The notes under the pieces: model-generated
The model's input: only the letters and a program-made list of their open reading frames with translations
The model's database searches: none
Told to the model about the DNA's origin: nothing
Shown: positions 43,320-52,003 of the stretch, one piece after another
Layout: each line of letters starts with the position of its first letter
How positions within the stretch are numbered: the first letter of the stretch is position 1
Made by a program: the position numbers and the translations under genes
NCBI GenBank assembly: GCA_902625475.1
Contig: CACOBR010000005.1
Location: 9,738-73,737 of the forward strand
DNA length: 64,000 nt
Origin: an uncultured Alphaproteobacteria bacterium
GTDB taxonomy: Bacteria > Pseudomonadota > Alphaproteobacteria > Rhodobacterales > Rhodobacteraceae
Direction of reading: 5' to 3'

Positions 43320-44393
43320 TTAATTATTTTCCCTTGAAGAAGTATCTTCAATCAAATTCGTAACAGAATTATTATTTAAACCATTAGCAACTCTTATTTT
43401 ATCTTCAATTTCTTGAGCAATATCAAAATTTTCCATTAAAAATTTCTTTGCATTTTCCCTACCTTGACCAATTCTTTCATCTCCATAAGAAAACCAAGCG
43501 CCAGATTTTTCTATAATATCAAATTTTACTCCTAAATCAATGATTTCACCTACTTTTGATATTCCTTCCCCATACATAATATCGAATTCAACCTGCTTAA
43601 ATGGTGGGGATACTTTATTCTTAACAACCTTTACTCTAGTTGAATTACCTATAACTTCATCACGATCTTTAAGTGCACCAATTCTTCTAATATCTAGTCT
43701 GACAGAAGCATAGAATTTCAAAGCATTACCACCAGTTGTTGTTTCAGGACTACCAAACATAACACCAATTTTCATTCTTATCTGATTGATAAAAATTACC
43801 ATACAGTTAGATCTACTAATTGATCCTGTAAGTTTCCTCATTGCTTGGCTCATTAATCTTGCTTGCGCTCCAACTTGAGCATCGCCCATATCACCTTCTA
43901 ACTCTGAACGTGGTGTTAGAGCTGCAACAGAATCCACCACAACTAAAGAAACTGCTCCAGATCTGACTAATGTTTCAGTTATTTCTAAAGCTTGCTCCCC
44001 AGTATCTGGCTGAGAAATTAATAACTCGTCCAAATTTACCCCAAGTTTTTTTGCATAACCAGGATCTAAAGCATGTTCAGCATCTACAAAAGCACATATT
44101 CCTTCTTTTTTTTGCTCTTCAGCAACTACATGTAAGGCTAATGTAGTTTTTCCTGAGCTTTCAGGTCCATAAATTTCAACAATTCTTCCTTTTGGAAGTC
44201 CTCCAATGCCTAAAGCAATATCTAAACTAATTGATCCTGTAGAAATAGCTTCAATATCTATAACAGGATTATCTTGACCAAGTTTCATAATTGAACCTTT
44301 GCCAAAATTTCTTTCAATTTGAGAAAGGGCTGTTTCGAGTGCTTTTTCTTTATCCATTGATACTCTTTCTGATAAGTTTACTAACTTTGTCAT
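43320..44393 (-). CDS. recA: Recombinase RecA
   Basis: 357 aa. It has Walker [10 protein letters not shown], and the L1/L2 and FINQIR motifs. The likely true start is the second Met (MDKEKALE..., ATG at 44357), since RecA normally starts near this motif. Confidence 0.97.
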   Translation of the reverse strand: MTKLVNLSERVSMDKEKALETALSQIERNFGKGSIMKLGQDNPVIDIEAISTGSISLDIALGIGGLPKGRIVEIYGPESSGKTTLALHVVAEEQKKEGICAFVDAEHALDPGYAKKLGVNLDELLISQPDTGEQALEITETLVRSGAVSLVVVDSVAALTPRSELEGDMGDAQVGAQARLMSQAMRKLTGSISRSNCMVIFINQIRMKIGVMFGSPETTTGGNALKFYASVRLDIRRIGALKDRDEVIGNSTRVKVVKNKVSPPFKQVEFDIMYGEGISKVGEIIDLGVKFDIIEKSGAWFSYGDERIGQGRENAKKFLMENFDIAQEIEDKIRVANGLNNNSVTNLIEDTSSRENN

Positions 44394-44475
44394 ATTTAAT
44401 TCCTTATTTCATATCTTTGTTTATCTAGCAACAACACAAAAAAATAAATTATAAAAACCATATTTAATCTATTAT

Positions 44476-44490
44476 GTTCACTATATGTTC
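44476..44490 (-). promoter_or_regulatory. GTTC-N7-GTTC direct repeat (alphaproteobacterial LexA/SOS-box-like) upstream of recA
   Basis: Read directly: GTTCactatatGTTC, which is GAAC-N7-GAAC on the recA strand. It lies 83 nt upstream of the first possible recA start and 119 nt upstream of the second. It matches the direct-repeat SOS box described for Rhizobiales, Rhodobacterales and Caulobacterales. Confidence 0.45.
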
Positions 44491-44521
44491 TTATATGAAT
44501 TATGGATTTATTCAAGAAATT

Positions 44522-45736
44522 TTAATTATCTTTTTTAAGAATAGCAAAAAAAAATCCATCACTAGCATTTATTGGGTGGTACAAATGTTTGTTAACAATT
44601 GAAAATTTTTGATTATTCATCAGAAATTTTTTTACAACCAACTCTCCCTCGTCTTCTAACAATGAGCAAACAACATATATCAAAAAGCCACTTTTTTTTA
44701 AATAGCTACATGAATTTTTCATGATTTCATATTGATTTTTACTTAAGTTTTTTATTTTTTGGTCATTTATTTCCCATTTTGTTTTTGGATCCCTTCTCCA
44801 TGTACCAGTTCCAGAGCATGGCGCATCAATGAAAACAATATCAAAAAAATTTTCATATTTATTTAAGCTGATAGAATCAATAATTTTTATTCTAGCTCCA
44901 GCTCTATTTGATCTAAATAATAGGTTACTTAATTTTAAGGAATTTATGTCATGAGCAAATATATCTGCATTGTTTTTTAGCTTTGAAGCGATTGCTAAAG
45001 ATTTGCCGCCACTTCCTGCACAGAAATCTAATATTTTTTTTCCTATTGAAATTTCATCAACTTCTGTAGTTAACTGAGAAGATAAATCTTGTAATTCAAC
45101 GTTACCTAGTTGATAACTTGTCGATTTTTTCAAAAATTGCTCACCACTTTTAATTCTAAGAGCATTTTTTGAAGCAGAACAATATTCACATAAAATGTTT
45201 TCTTTTTCTAGAATTGATTTTTCGTCTTTTAAATTTGTTTTTAAATTATTTATCCTTAAATAAACAGGTGCTCTTTCTAAAAAAAGTTTCATTACTTTGT
45301 CAAAATCATTTCCTAATGTTGTTTTAAGTTTTTTTTCCAAAAATTCTGGATAACTTAATAAAATATTTTTAGGAGCTTTTTTGATGTAGTCATTTATTTT
45401 GTTTAGAATCAATAATTCCTTATTTTTTAAAGGTGGTGAAAAATATTTATTATCAACAATATCAGACAATGCAAATGTATCTCTTTTATAAATATAGAGA
45501 TAAGAAAGAACTAAAATTCGACCATTTTCAGAATAATCATTAATTTGAAAAGGATAAAATAGAATAAGCCTTTTTCTTAAAACATCAAAAATTATGTCTC
45601 TGATACTTCTTCTATCATTGGATCCAGCAAAACGGTTATTTTCAAACCATTCTTTAAGTGCTTTTTCTATTGGGATACCATTAATATAATTGTCTAATAT
45701 GTCTATTGCAGCACATGCACGAGAAATTTGTAACAT
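44522..45736 (-). CDS. rsmB: 16S rRNA (cytosine-C5)-methyltransferase, RsmB/Sun family
   Basis: 404 aa. It has an N-terminal NusB-like region, a SAM fold (ILDFCAGSGGKS) and the catalytic motifs DAPCSGTGTWRRDP and LIYVVCS. Confidence 0.85.
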   Translation of the reverse strand: MLQISRACAAIDILDNYINGIPIEKALKEWFENNRFAGSNDRRSIRDIIFDVLRKRLILFYPFQINDYSENGRILVLSYLYIYKRDTFALSDIVDNKYFSPPLKNKELLILNKINDYIKKAPKNILLSYPEFLEKKLKTTLGNDFDKVMKLFLERAPVYLRINNLKTNLKDEKSILEKENILCEYCSASKNALRIKSGEQFLKKSTSYQLGNVELQDLSSQLTTEVDEISIGKKILDFCAGSGGKSLAIASKLKNNADIFAHDINSLKLSNLLFRSNRAGARIKIIDSISLNKYENFFDIVFIDAPCSGTGTWRRDPKTKWEINDQKIKNLSKNQYEIMKNSCSYLKKSGFLIYVVCSLLEDEGELVVKKFLMNNQKFSIVNKHLYHPINASDGFFFAILKKDN

Positions 45737-45762
45737 AAGAATTATTATAAATTAAGACGATA

Positions 45763-46233
45763 CTAATTATTGCTATAGTTTGGAGATTCATTTGTTATCC
45801 TTACGTCATTTACATGACTTTCAGACAAACCAGATCCTGTAATTTTAATAAACTTACAGTCTTTCTTCAGTAGTTTTATATTTTCATTACCAGTGTAACC
45901 CATTAAAGCCTTTAACCCACCAACTAATTGATAATTAATTTTATTTAATGAACCTTTGTATGGAATCTGTCCCTCTATTCCTTCAGGTATAAGTTTATCA
46001 GCTTGTATATCTTTTTGAAAATATCTATCAGCAGATCCCCAAGCCATAGCACCTATAGAACCCATTCCTCTGTAGTTTTTAAAACTCCTTCCTTGGTATA
46101 AAGTTATTTCTACAGGAGACTCATCTGTACCTGCTAATAAGGAGCCAAACATCGCACAAGAGGCACCAGAAGCTATTGATTTTGAAAGTACAAGTAGAAC
46201 ATCATCAAAAGTTATAGCATTTTCTAATTCCAT
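45763..46233 (-). pseudogene. guaB: Internally deleted IMP dehydrogenase (guaB) remnant, in-frame 156-aa ORF
   Basis: Residues 1-15 ([15 protein letters not shown]) are the conserved GuaB N-terminus. Residue ~17 onward ([47 protein letters not shown]...[13 protein letters not shown]...[17 protein letters not shown]) aligns with the last ~140 residues of E. coli GuaB. The CBS pair, most of the TIM barrel and the catalytic-Cys loop (GSICTT-type) are absent. The junction is at about 46186-46191. Confidence 0.75.
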
Positions 46234-46276
46234 TTGATTAAAACCTTTACATTTTAAAGTTAAGTTTTGTTAATAA

Positions 46277-47017
46277 TTATTCTTTTTTAAAATTTAAAGC
46301 TACAACATATTTTTCAGAACTGTCTGATCTACTTGATTTAGGTTTGAAATTATAAACTTTATTAAATTTTCTTTTTAATATGTTTTGTAGCTCCATTTCT
46401 GCACCACCAGCAAGAACCTTTGCAACAAAATTTCCACCTTCATTTAAATAATCAAAAGAAAAAAAAGCTGCTGATTCACATAAAGCCATTATTCTTAAAT
46501 GATCTGATTTTTTATGACCTGTTGAGTTACTAGCCATATCAGAAATTACATTTTCAACTTTATATATTAATATTTTATTTATTTTTTCTTCAAAATCATT
46601 GTCTAAAAAATCAAGCACCATTATCTCTGCACCCTGTATAGATAAAGTAGGCTTTAAATCAATTCCAATAACCCGCCCCTTCTTACTCTTTAAATTATCA
46701 TGATTTGAATTTGTTTTTTCAACTGCAACTTGTGTCCACCCACCTGGAGCACAACCTAAATCAATCACAGTATCGCCAGATTTAAAAATATTAAATTTTT
46801 CGTTTATTTCTAATAATTTAAAGGCAGCTCTTGATCGATAACCCTTTTCTTTAGCTAATTTAACATAAGGGTCATTCAATTGTCTTCTTAACCAATTTGT
46901 AGAGGATAACTTTCTACCTTTAGCAGTCTTAACATTTACTTTTAAGGAAAGATCAGTGTTTTTTTTAAAGTTTTTGCCTTTACTTTCTTTTTGTTTTATT
47001 GAATTTTTACTTCTCAT
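46277..47017 (-). CDS. rlmE: 23S rRNA (uridine2552-2'-O)-methyltransferase RlmE (FtsJ/RrmJ)
   Basis: 246 aa. Motifs seen: WLRRQLNDPYV, YRSRAAFKLLE, DLGCAPGGWTQV and VISDMA. Confidence 0.92.
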   Translation of the reverse strand: MRSKNSIKQKESKGKNFKKNTDLSLKVNVKTAKGRKLSSTNWLRRQLNDPYVKLAKEKGYRSRAAFKLLEINEKFNIFKSGDTVIDLGCAPGGWTQVAVEKTNSNHDNLKSKKGRVIGIDLKPTLSIQGAEIMVLDFLDNDFEEKINKILIYKVENVISDMASNSTGHKKSDHLRIMALCESAAFFSFDYLNEGGNFVAKVLAGGAEMELQNILKRKFNKVYNFKPKSSRSDSSEKYVVALNFKKE

Positions 47018-47021
47018 TTTT

Positions 47022-48143
47022 TTATTTAAAATGATTATCAGCTGACATTAATGAATATAAAATGCCTTCTCTTAATCCACGGTCTGCTACTTTCATACTG
47101 CAAGCAGGCCAAATTCTCATTAAAGTCTGCATAATTGCCGACCCTGACATTATTAGATCAGCTCTGTCCCTGCCAATCCCTGGTTCTTTTTTCCTACCTT
47201 CAGGTCCTAGATACAAAAATTTTTTTATAACATTATCAATATCAGAAGAGGAAAGGTTTAATCCATCAACTTTTAGCCTATCATATCTTCTTAATCCTAA
47301 ATGAACTGCTCCCAAAGTGGTTACAGTACCAGAAGTGCCAATTATTTGAAGTTCATTTGTAAGGTCAATTTGATTATAATTTAGATATGGTAAAAAATTT
47401 TCAATCTTTTGCTCGAAATCACAAGACATCAGAGCAAATCTTGCACCATCATCGTCAACATCAGAAAAACGTTCCAGCAAAGTTGCAACGCCCAAAGGTA
47501 CTGAAATCCAATCTACAATTTTTACAAAATCTTTGTTGGATTTTTCAAATTTTGATTTATTACTATTTTTAATCCCTAATTGTAATTTTAGCATTTCAGT
47601 TATCCGATTTTCTTTTGCTACTTCTGATAAATCCATCCAAACCAATTCGGTAGAACCTCCTCCAATATCAACAATAAGAACATGAGAAAAGTTTGGATCA
47701 AAAAGCGGTGCACAACTTATAACAGCCAATCTTGCTTCTTCCTCAGGTTTGATTAATTCTAATGAAAGGCCTGTTTCTTTTTTAACTTTTGTTAAAAAGC
47801 TTTTACCATTTTTGGAACGTCTGCATGCCTCTGTAGCAACAAGTCTTGAATTTCTGACTCCAAATTTTTTTAATTTTTTTGCACAAACGTGTAAAGCTTG
47901 TAGTGCCCTACTGATACCTGCCTGTGAAAGTTCACCTGTCCTTTCTAAATCTAACCCTAATCTTATTGATTTCGAAAAAGCATCTACAATTTCAAATCTT
48001 GAACCTGTTGGTCGGGCTATTAACATCCTGCAACTATTGGTACCTAAATCTAAAGCTGCATATAATTTTTTCTTATTATCGTTAACCTTTTTAAAATCAA
48101 AATTTTTATCGACCAACTTAGGATCTAAACCTAAGTCTTCCAT
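47022..48143 (-). CDS. ppx: Ppx/GppA-family exopolyphosphatase/guanosine pentaphosphatase (short form)
   Basis: 373 aa. It has ASKHA phosphate motifs (AALDLGTNSCRMLIA, VDIGGGSTELV). Confidence 0.88.
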   Translation of the reverse strand: MEDLGLDPKLVDKNFDFKKVNDNKKKLYAALDLGTNSCRMLIARPTGSRFEIVDAFSKSIRLGLDLERTGELSQAGISRALQALHVCAKKLKKFGVRNSRLVATEACRRSKNGKSFLTKVKKETGLSLELIKPEEEARLAVISCAPLFDPNFSHVLIVDIGGGSTELVWMDLSEVAKENRITEMLKLQLGIKNSNKSKFEKSNKDFVKIVDWISVPLGVATLLERFSDVDDDGARFALMSCDFEQKIENFLPYLNYNQIDLTNELQIIGTSGTVTTLGAVHLGLRRYDRLKVDGLNLSSSDIDNVIKKFLYLGPEGRKKEPGIGRDRADLIMSGSAIMQTLMRIWPACSMKVADRGLREGILYSLMSADNHFK

Positions 48144-48349
48144 TATAATCCTCTCAAAAATAGTGATAGCTTTTATCGGCTGAAACTATTTGTTTTTTTT
48201 ATGATAATATAAACTATCTCGATTAACAACTTTTAATACTTATTTTAATCAATGTCGGAATATTATTTCAAGCAGTCGATTTTATGTTATCTAAATTTTA
48301 GAATAACCTATTTATTCAAATAAATGAGATAACTGAATTGGAATTTTAG

Positions 48350-49297
48350 ATGACAAAAACAATAGTAGAAAGTTCATCAAAAACAGTAACTATTGGACTG
48401 GACGAACCATTTTGCATAATAGGTGAAAGAATTAATCCGACCGGAAGAAAAAAATTAGCTTTAGAGTTGGAGGATGGAAATTTTGAAACTGTTATTAGAG
48501 ATGCATTAGAACAAGTAAAATCAGGTGCTAATATTTTAGATATTAATGCTGGGGTTGTTTATAATTCTAATCCTAACCCTAACGAAACTGAACCAGTTTT
48601 GATGAAAAAGTTATTAGAAGTTGTACAAGATTTAGTAGATGTTCCATTATGTATAGATAGTTCAGTCCCAAGTGCTCTAGAAGAAGGTTTAAAAACGGCA
48701 AAGGGCAGACCTTTGTTAAATTCTGTTACAGGAGAGGAAGAAAGATTAGAAAGTATTTTGCCTCTTGTAAAAAAATATAATGTACCAGTAGTAGCAATAT
48801 CCAACGATGATACAGGTATATCAGAAGACCCCAAAATTAGATTTAAAGTAGCAAAAAAAATAGTTGAAAGAGCCTCCGATTTTGGAATACCGTCAAACGA
48901 TATCATAGTTGATCCACTAGTAATGCCAATTGGTGCGATGCCAACGGCTGGACAGCAAGTATTTGAATTAGTAAAGAAATTAAAAGAAGAACTGAAGGTT
49001 AATACTACCTGCGGAGCTTCTAATATTTCTTTTGGTTTACCAAATAGACATTCCATAAATTCAACATTTCTTCCTATGGCGATTGCTTCTGGTATGTCGA
49101 GTGCAATAATGAATCCTACGAATCCAGACGAATTAAACGCGATTTATGCTGCTAACCTACTAATGAATAGAGATAAAAATGGTTTTAATTGGATAAAAAG
49201 AAACAGAGTTACTACTCAAAAAAATAACATTGAGCAAAATAAAGATGAAAATCAAGAGGGTAATAGAATTAGACGGAGAAATAGAAGAAGATCATAA
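48350..49297 (+). CDS. Pterin-binding (MetH/AcsE/MtrH-type) methyltetrahydrofolate methyltransferase domain protein with Arg-rich C-terminal tail
   Basis: 315 aa. It aligns motif by motif with the MetH pterin-binding barrel: IIGERINPTGRKK, ANILDINAG, PLCIDSS, LLNSV, IIVDPLV, CGASNISFGLP, MNP. It ends in a low-complexity basic tail (NRIRRRNRRRS). Confidence 0.8.
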   Translation: MTKTIVESSSKTVTIGLDEPFCIIGERINPTGRKKLALELEDGNFETVIRDALEQVKSGANILDINAGVVYNSNPNPNETEPVLMKKLLEVVQDLVDVPLCIDSSVPSALEEGLKTAKGRPLLNSVTGEEERLESILPLVKKYNVPVVAISNDDTGISEDPKIRFKVAKKIVERASDFGIPSNDIIVDPLVMPIGAMPTAGQQVFELVKKLKEELKVNTTCGASNISFGLPNRHSINSTFLPMAIASGMSSAIMNPTNPDELNAIYAANLLMNRDKNGFNWIKRNRVTTQKNNIEQNKDENQEGNRIRRRNRRRS

Positions 49298-49332
49298 TGA
49301 GGTAAATTTCTAGATAATTTTATTGGCAAGAG

Positions 49333-51369
49333 ATGGTTTCAAAGATAAATAATTCAGTTTCAATATCTTCAGAAAAAAATCACTCAGTAGTTTTCACTCC
49401 GTCTGGGCTGAGGGGTATTGTTAAAAGTGGGGTAAGTGTATTAGACGCTGCTAGGCAATTAGGAGTTGATTTAGACAGTGTATGTGGTGGTAGAGGAATA
49501 TGTACAAAATGTAAGGTTAAACCATCTTTTGGTAATTTTTCCAAATTTGATATAATAGCTGAAGAAAATAATTTAAGTAATTTCACAGAAATTGAAAAAA
49601 AATCAAAAGAAAAAAATAGAATTGCTTTTAATGAGAGACTTGGATGCCAAGCTAAAATTACAGGTGATATTATCATTGATATCCCTGAAGAAAGCCAGGT
49701 TCATAAACAAGTTATTAGAAAAAGAATTGAACTTAAAGATATAGACATTCACCCTACAACTCAACTTTATTATGTCGAAGTTGAGGAACCTGATATGCAT
49801 AATCCATCAGGAGACCTTCAAAGATTGAACGATTCACTAAATAAGCAATGGGGTATTTTGAACACAAAAATTTGCTTAAAAGTTTTAAAAAACCTTCAAT
49901 ACAATTTACGTAAAGGAAAATGGTGTGTGACATGTGCTATTTTCAAAGAAACTAATGAAATAATTAATATATGGCCTGGTTTTTTAGATTCTAATCTTTA
50001 TGGAATTGCTATAGATTTAGGATCAACTACTATTGCAGCTCATATTTGTGACTTAAGCACGGGTGAAATAATTAATTCGTCAGGTATAATGAATCCTCAA
50101 ATAAGATTTGGTGAAGATCTTATGAGTAGAGTGAGTTTTTCAATGATGAATGAAGATGGCACAGAAAAACTTAAGGATGCAGTACAAGAAACACTTAACC
50201 AGCTATGCAAAACGTTGATCAAAGGAAGCAAGATTGATCAGAAACTTGTAGTAGAACTTTCGATTGTATGTAATCCAGTTATGCATCATTTACTGCTTGG
50301 AATAAATCCTATAGAACTAGGCCAGGCTCCTTTTGCATTAGCTACTTCCAATTCACTTTATTTCAAAAGCGAGGAATTAGGACTTAATTGTTTGCAGAAT
50401 GCAACCATTTTTATTTTGCCATGTATTGCTGGACATGTTGGAGCAGATGCTGCAGCTGTTGTATTATCAGAAGCCCCAAATGAATCTAAAGAAACTGTTC
50501 TTATTATTGACGTTGGTACTAATGCTGAACTTATATTGGGAAATAAATATGAATTATACGCTTGTTCATCTCCAACCGGACCTGCATTTGAAGGTGCTCA
50601 AATATCATCTGGTCAAAGAGCAGCTCCAGGAGCTATTGAAAAAGTAAAAATTGATCCAAACACAAAAAATCCAATTTTTAAGGTTATAGGAAGTGATTAT
50701 TGGTCAGATGAAGTAGAATTTCAAAATTTTATAAAAAATCAACCAATTACAGGCATTTGTGGATCTGGAATTATTGAAGCAATTGCAGAGATGAGAATTA
50801 ATGGCATATTAGATAAATCGGGATTGATTGGATCAAGTATAGAAACTGGTTCAAAACGAAGTATTATTGATGGGAGGACCTATAGTTATTTGTTATATGA
50901 GGACAAAAATAATAAAGAAAATAAAATAAAAATTACAAATGCAGATGTCAGAGCAATACAATTAGCAAAAGCAGCACTTTTTGCAGGATCTAAATTATTA
51001 ATGGATGAGATGAAAATTAAAAAAGTTGATAAAATAGTTTTAGCTGGAGCATTTGGTGCACATATATCAACAAAACACGCTATGATACTAGGTATGATAC
51101 CAGATTGTAACTTAAAAAATGTAATATCAGCTGGTAATGCCGCTGGAGCAGGTGCAATAATAGCACTTTTAAACAAAAACTCTCGATCAAAAATTACTAA
51201 AATTGTAAAAAAAATTAACAAAATTGAGACTGCAATGGCTCCAAAATTTCAAGAATATTTTGTTTCTGCATCGGGTATACCAAACTCGATGTTTTCTTTT
51301 CCAGAACTTGATAAAGTCGTAAAATTACCTGAAGTTAATTTTAACAAAAAGAAACGATTGAGAAAATAA
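49333..51369 (+). CDS. RACo/RamA-like corrinoid reductive activase ([2Fe-2S] ferredoxin domain + ASKHA/DUF4445 ATPase domain)
   Basis: 678 aa. It has an N-terminal plant-type ferredoxin Cys pattern (CGGRGICTKCKV ... LGCQAKI). The C-terminal half carries ASKHA phosphate-1 and phosphate-2 motifs (GIAIDLGSTTIAAH, LIIDVGTNAELIL) and GICGSGIIEAI. It lies 35 nt downstream of the pterin-binding gene. Confidence 0.8.
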   Translation: MVSKINNSVSISSEKNHSVVFTPSGLRGIVKSGVSVLDAARQLGVDLDSVCGGRGICTKCKVKPSFGNFSKFDIIAEENNLSNFTEIEKKSKEKNRIAFNERLGCQAKITGDIIIDIPEESQVHKQVIRKRIELKDIDIHPTTQLYYVEVEEPDMHNPSGDLQRLNDSLNKQWGILNTKICLKVLKNLQYNLRKGKWCVTCAIFKETNEIINIWPGFLDSNLYGIAIDLGSTTIAAHICDLSTGEIINSSGIMNPQIRFGEDLMSRVSFSMMNEDGTEKLKDAVQETLNQLCKTLIKGSKIDQKLVVELSIVCNPVMHHLLLGINPIELGQAPFALATSNSLYFKSEELGLNCLQNATIFILPCIAGHVGADAAAVVLSEAPNESKETVLIIDVGTNAELILGNKYELYACSSPTGPAFEGAQISSGQRAAPGAIEKVKIDPNTKNPIFKVIGSDYWSDEVEFQNFIKNQPITGICGSGIIEAIAEMRINGILDKSGLIGSSIETGSKRSIIDGRTYSYLLYEDKNNKENKIKITNADVRAIQLAKAALFAGSKLLMDEMKIKKVDKIVLAGAFGAHISTKHAMILGMIPDCNLKNVISAGNAAGAGAIIALLNKNSRSKITKIVKKINKIETAMAPKFQEYFVSASGIPNSMFSFPELDKVVKLPEVNFNKKKRLRK

Positions 51370-51435
51370 AATAGGACAAAATAAACAGAAATGATAAGGT
51401 GTATTTATAATTAAAGAGATGAAGGGAAGATTTTT

Positions 51436-51840
51436 TTGATTAAGACATTCAGATTAATATATAAGTCTATACCTTTTGGATATGATCAAAATATATTAAA
51501 TGGAATATTATCTGACGCAATAAACTATAATAAAAAAAATAATATCACTGGTGCTTTAGTTTGTAGAGATGATATTTATTTACAACTACTTGAGGGTCCA
51601 GAGCAAGCAGTAAATTATACTTACCAAAAAATATTAGATGACGACAGACACTTAGAAGTTGAACTTTTAATTAAGGAGCATTGTAATAAAAGAATTTTTC
51701 CGAAATGGAATATGAAGCATGATCCTGCTAAAACCTGGTTTTGGAATAAGGAAGAAGTAAGATCAGGAGTTTTTACAACTTTAAGTAAAAGTAAAATAAT
51801 AGCAGTTTTTGAAAAAATCGCTAAGGAAATAAACAACTAG
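51436..51840 (+). CDS. Stand-alone BLUF-domain blue-light (FAD) photoreceptor
   Basis: 134 aa. The BLUF signature has all photocycle residues in register with AppA/PixD-type BLUF: Tyr in FRLIYKS, ITGALV, Gln in YLQLLEG, DDRH, and the W-x-M pair in FPKWNMK. It has a TTG start with AAGGGA 8-10 nt upstream. Confidence 0.85.
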   Translation: MIKTFRLIYKSIPFGYDQNILNGILSDAINYNKKNNITGALVCRDDIYLQLLEGPEQAVNYTYQKILDDDRHLEVELLIKEHCNKRIFPKWNMKHDPAKTWFWNKEEVRSGVFTTLSKSKIIAVFEKIAKEINN

Positions 51841-51842
51841 CT

Positions 51843-51876
51843 GCTAGGAAAAGTGACTTAGCAATAAACTTTTTTT
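51843..51876 (+). terminator. Possible weak intrinsic terminator after the BLUF gene
   Basis: It has a 6-bp stem (GCTAGG / CTTAGC, including one G-U pair) and an 8-nt loop. A T7 run begins 7 nt after the stem. The geometry is suboptimal. Confidence 0.25.
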
Positions 51877-52003
51877 AAATAATATAAAAATAAAAAGTGG
51901 ATAAATTTGTCTTTTATAATTAAATCTGCAAAATTTAGTTTATTTTTTGTAAAATTTAAACTTATAATATAATCAATTACTATGTTGGTGAGGACACTAT
52001 ATT

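Noticed and set aside
48144-48349. Possible cobalamin or SAM riboswitch in the 206-nt spacer upstream of the pterin-binding methyltransferase.
   Set aside because: No B12-box-like GCCACTG core is present. I saw no GC-rich paired elements and no SAM-II/V-like pseudoknot signature near the RBS. Only an Rfam scan could settle it.
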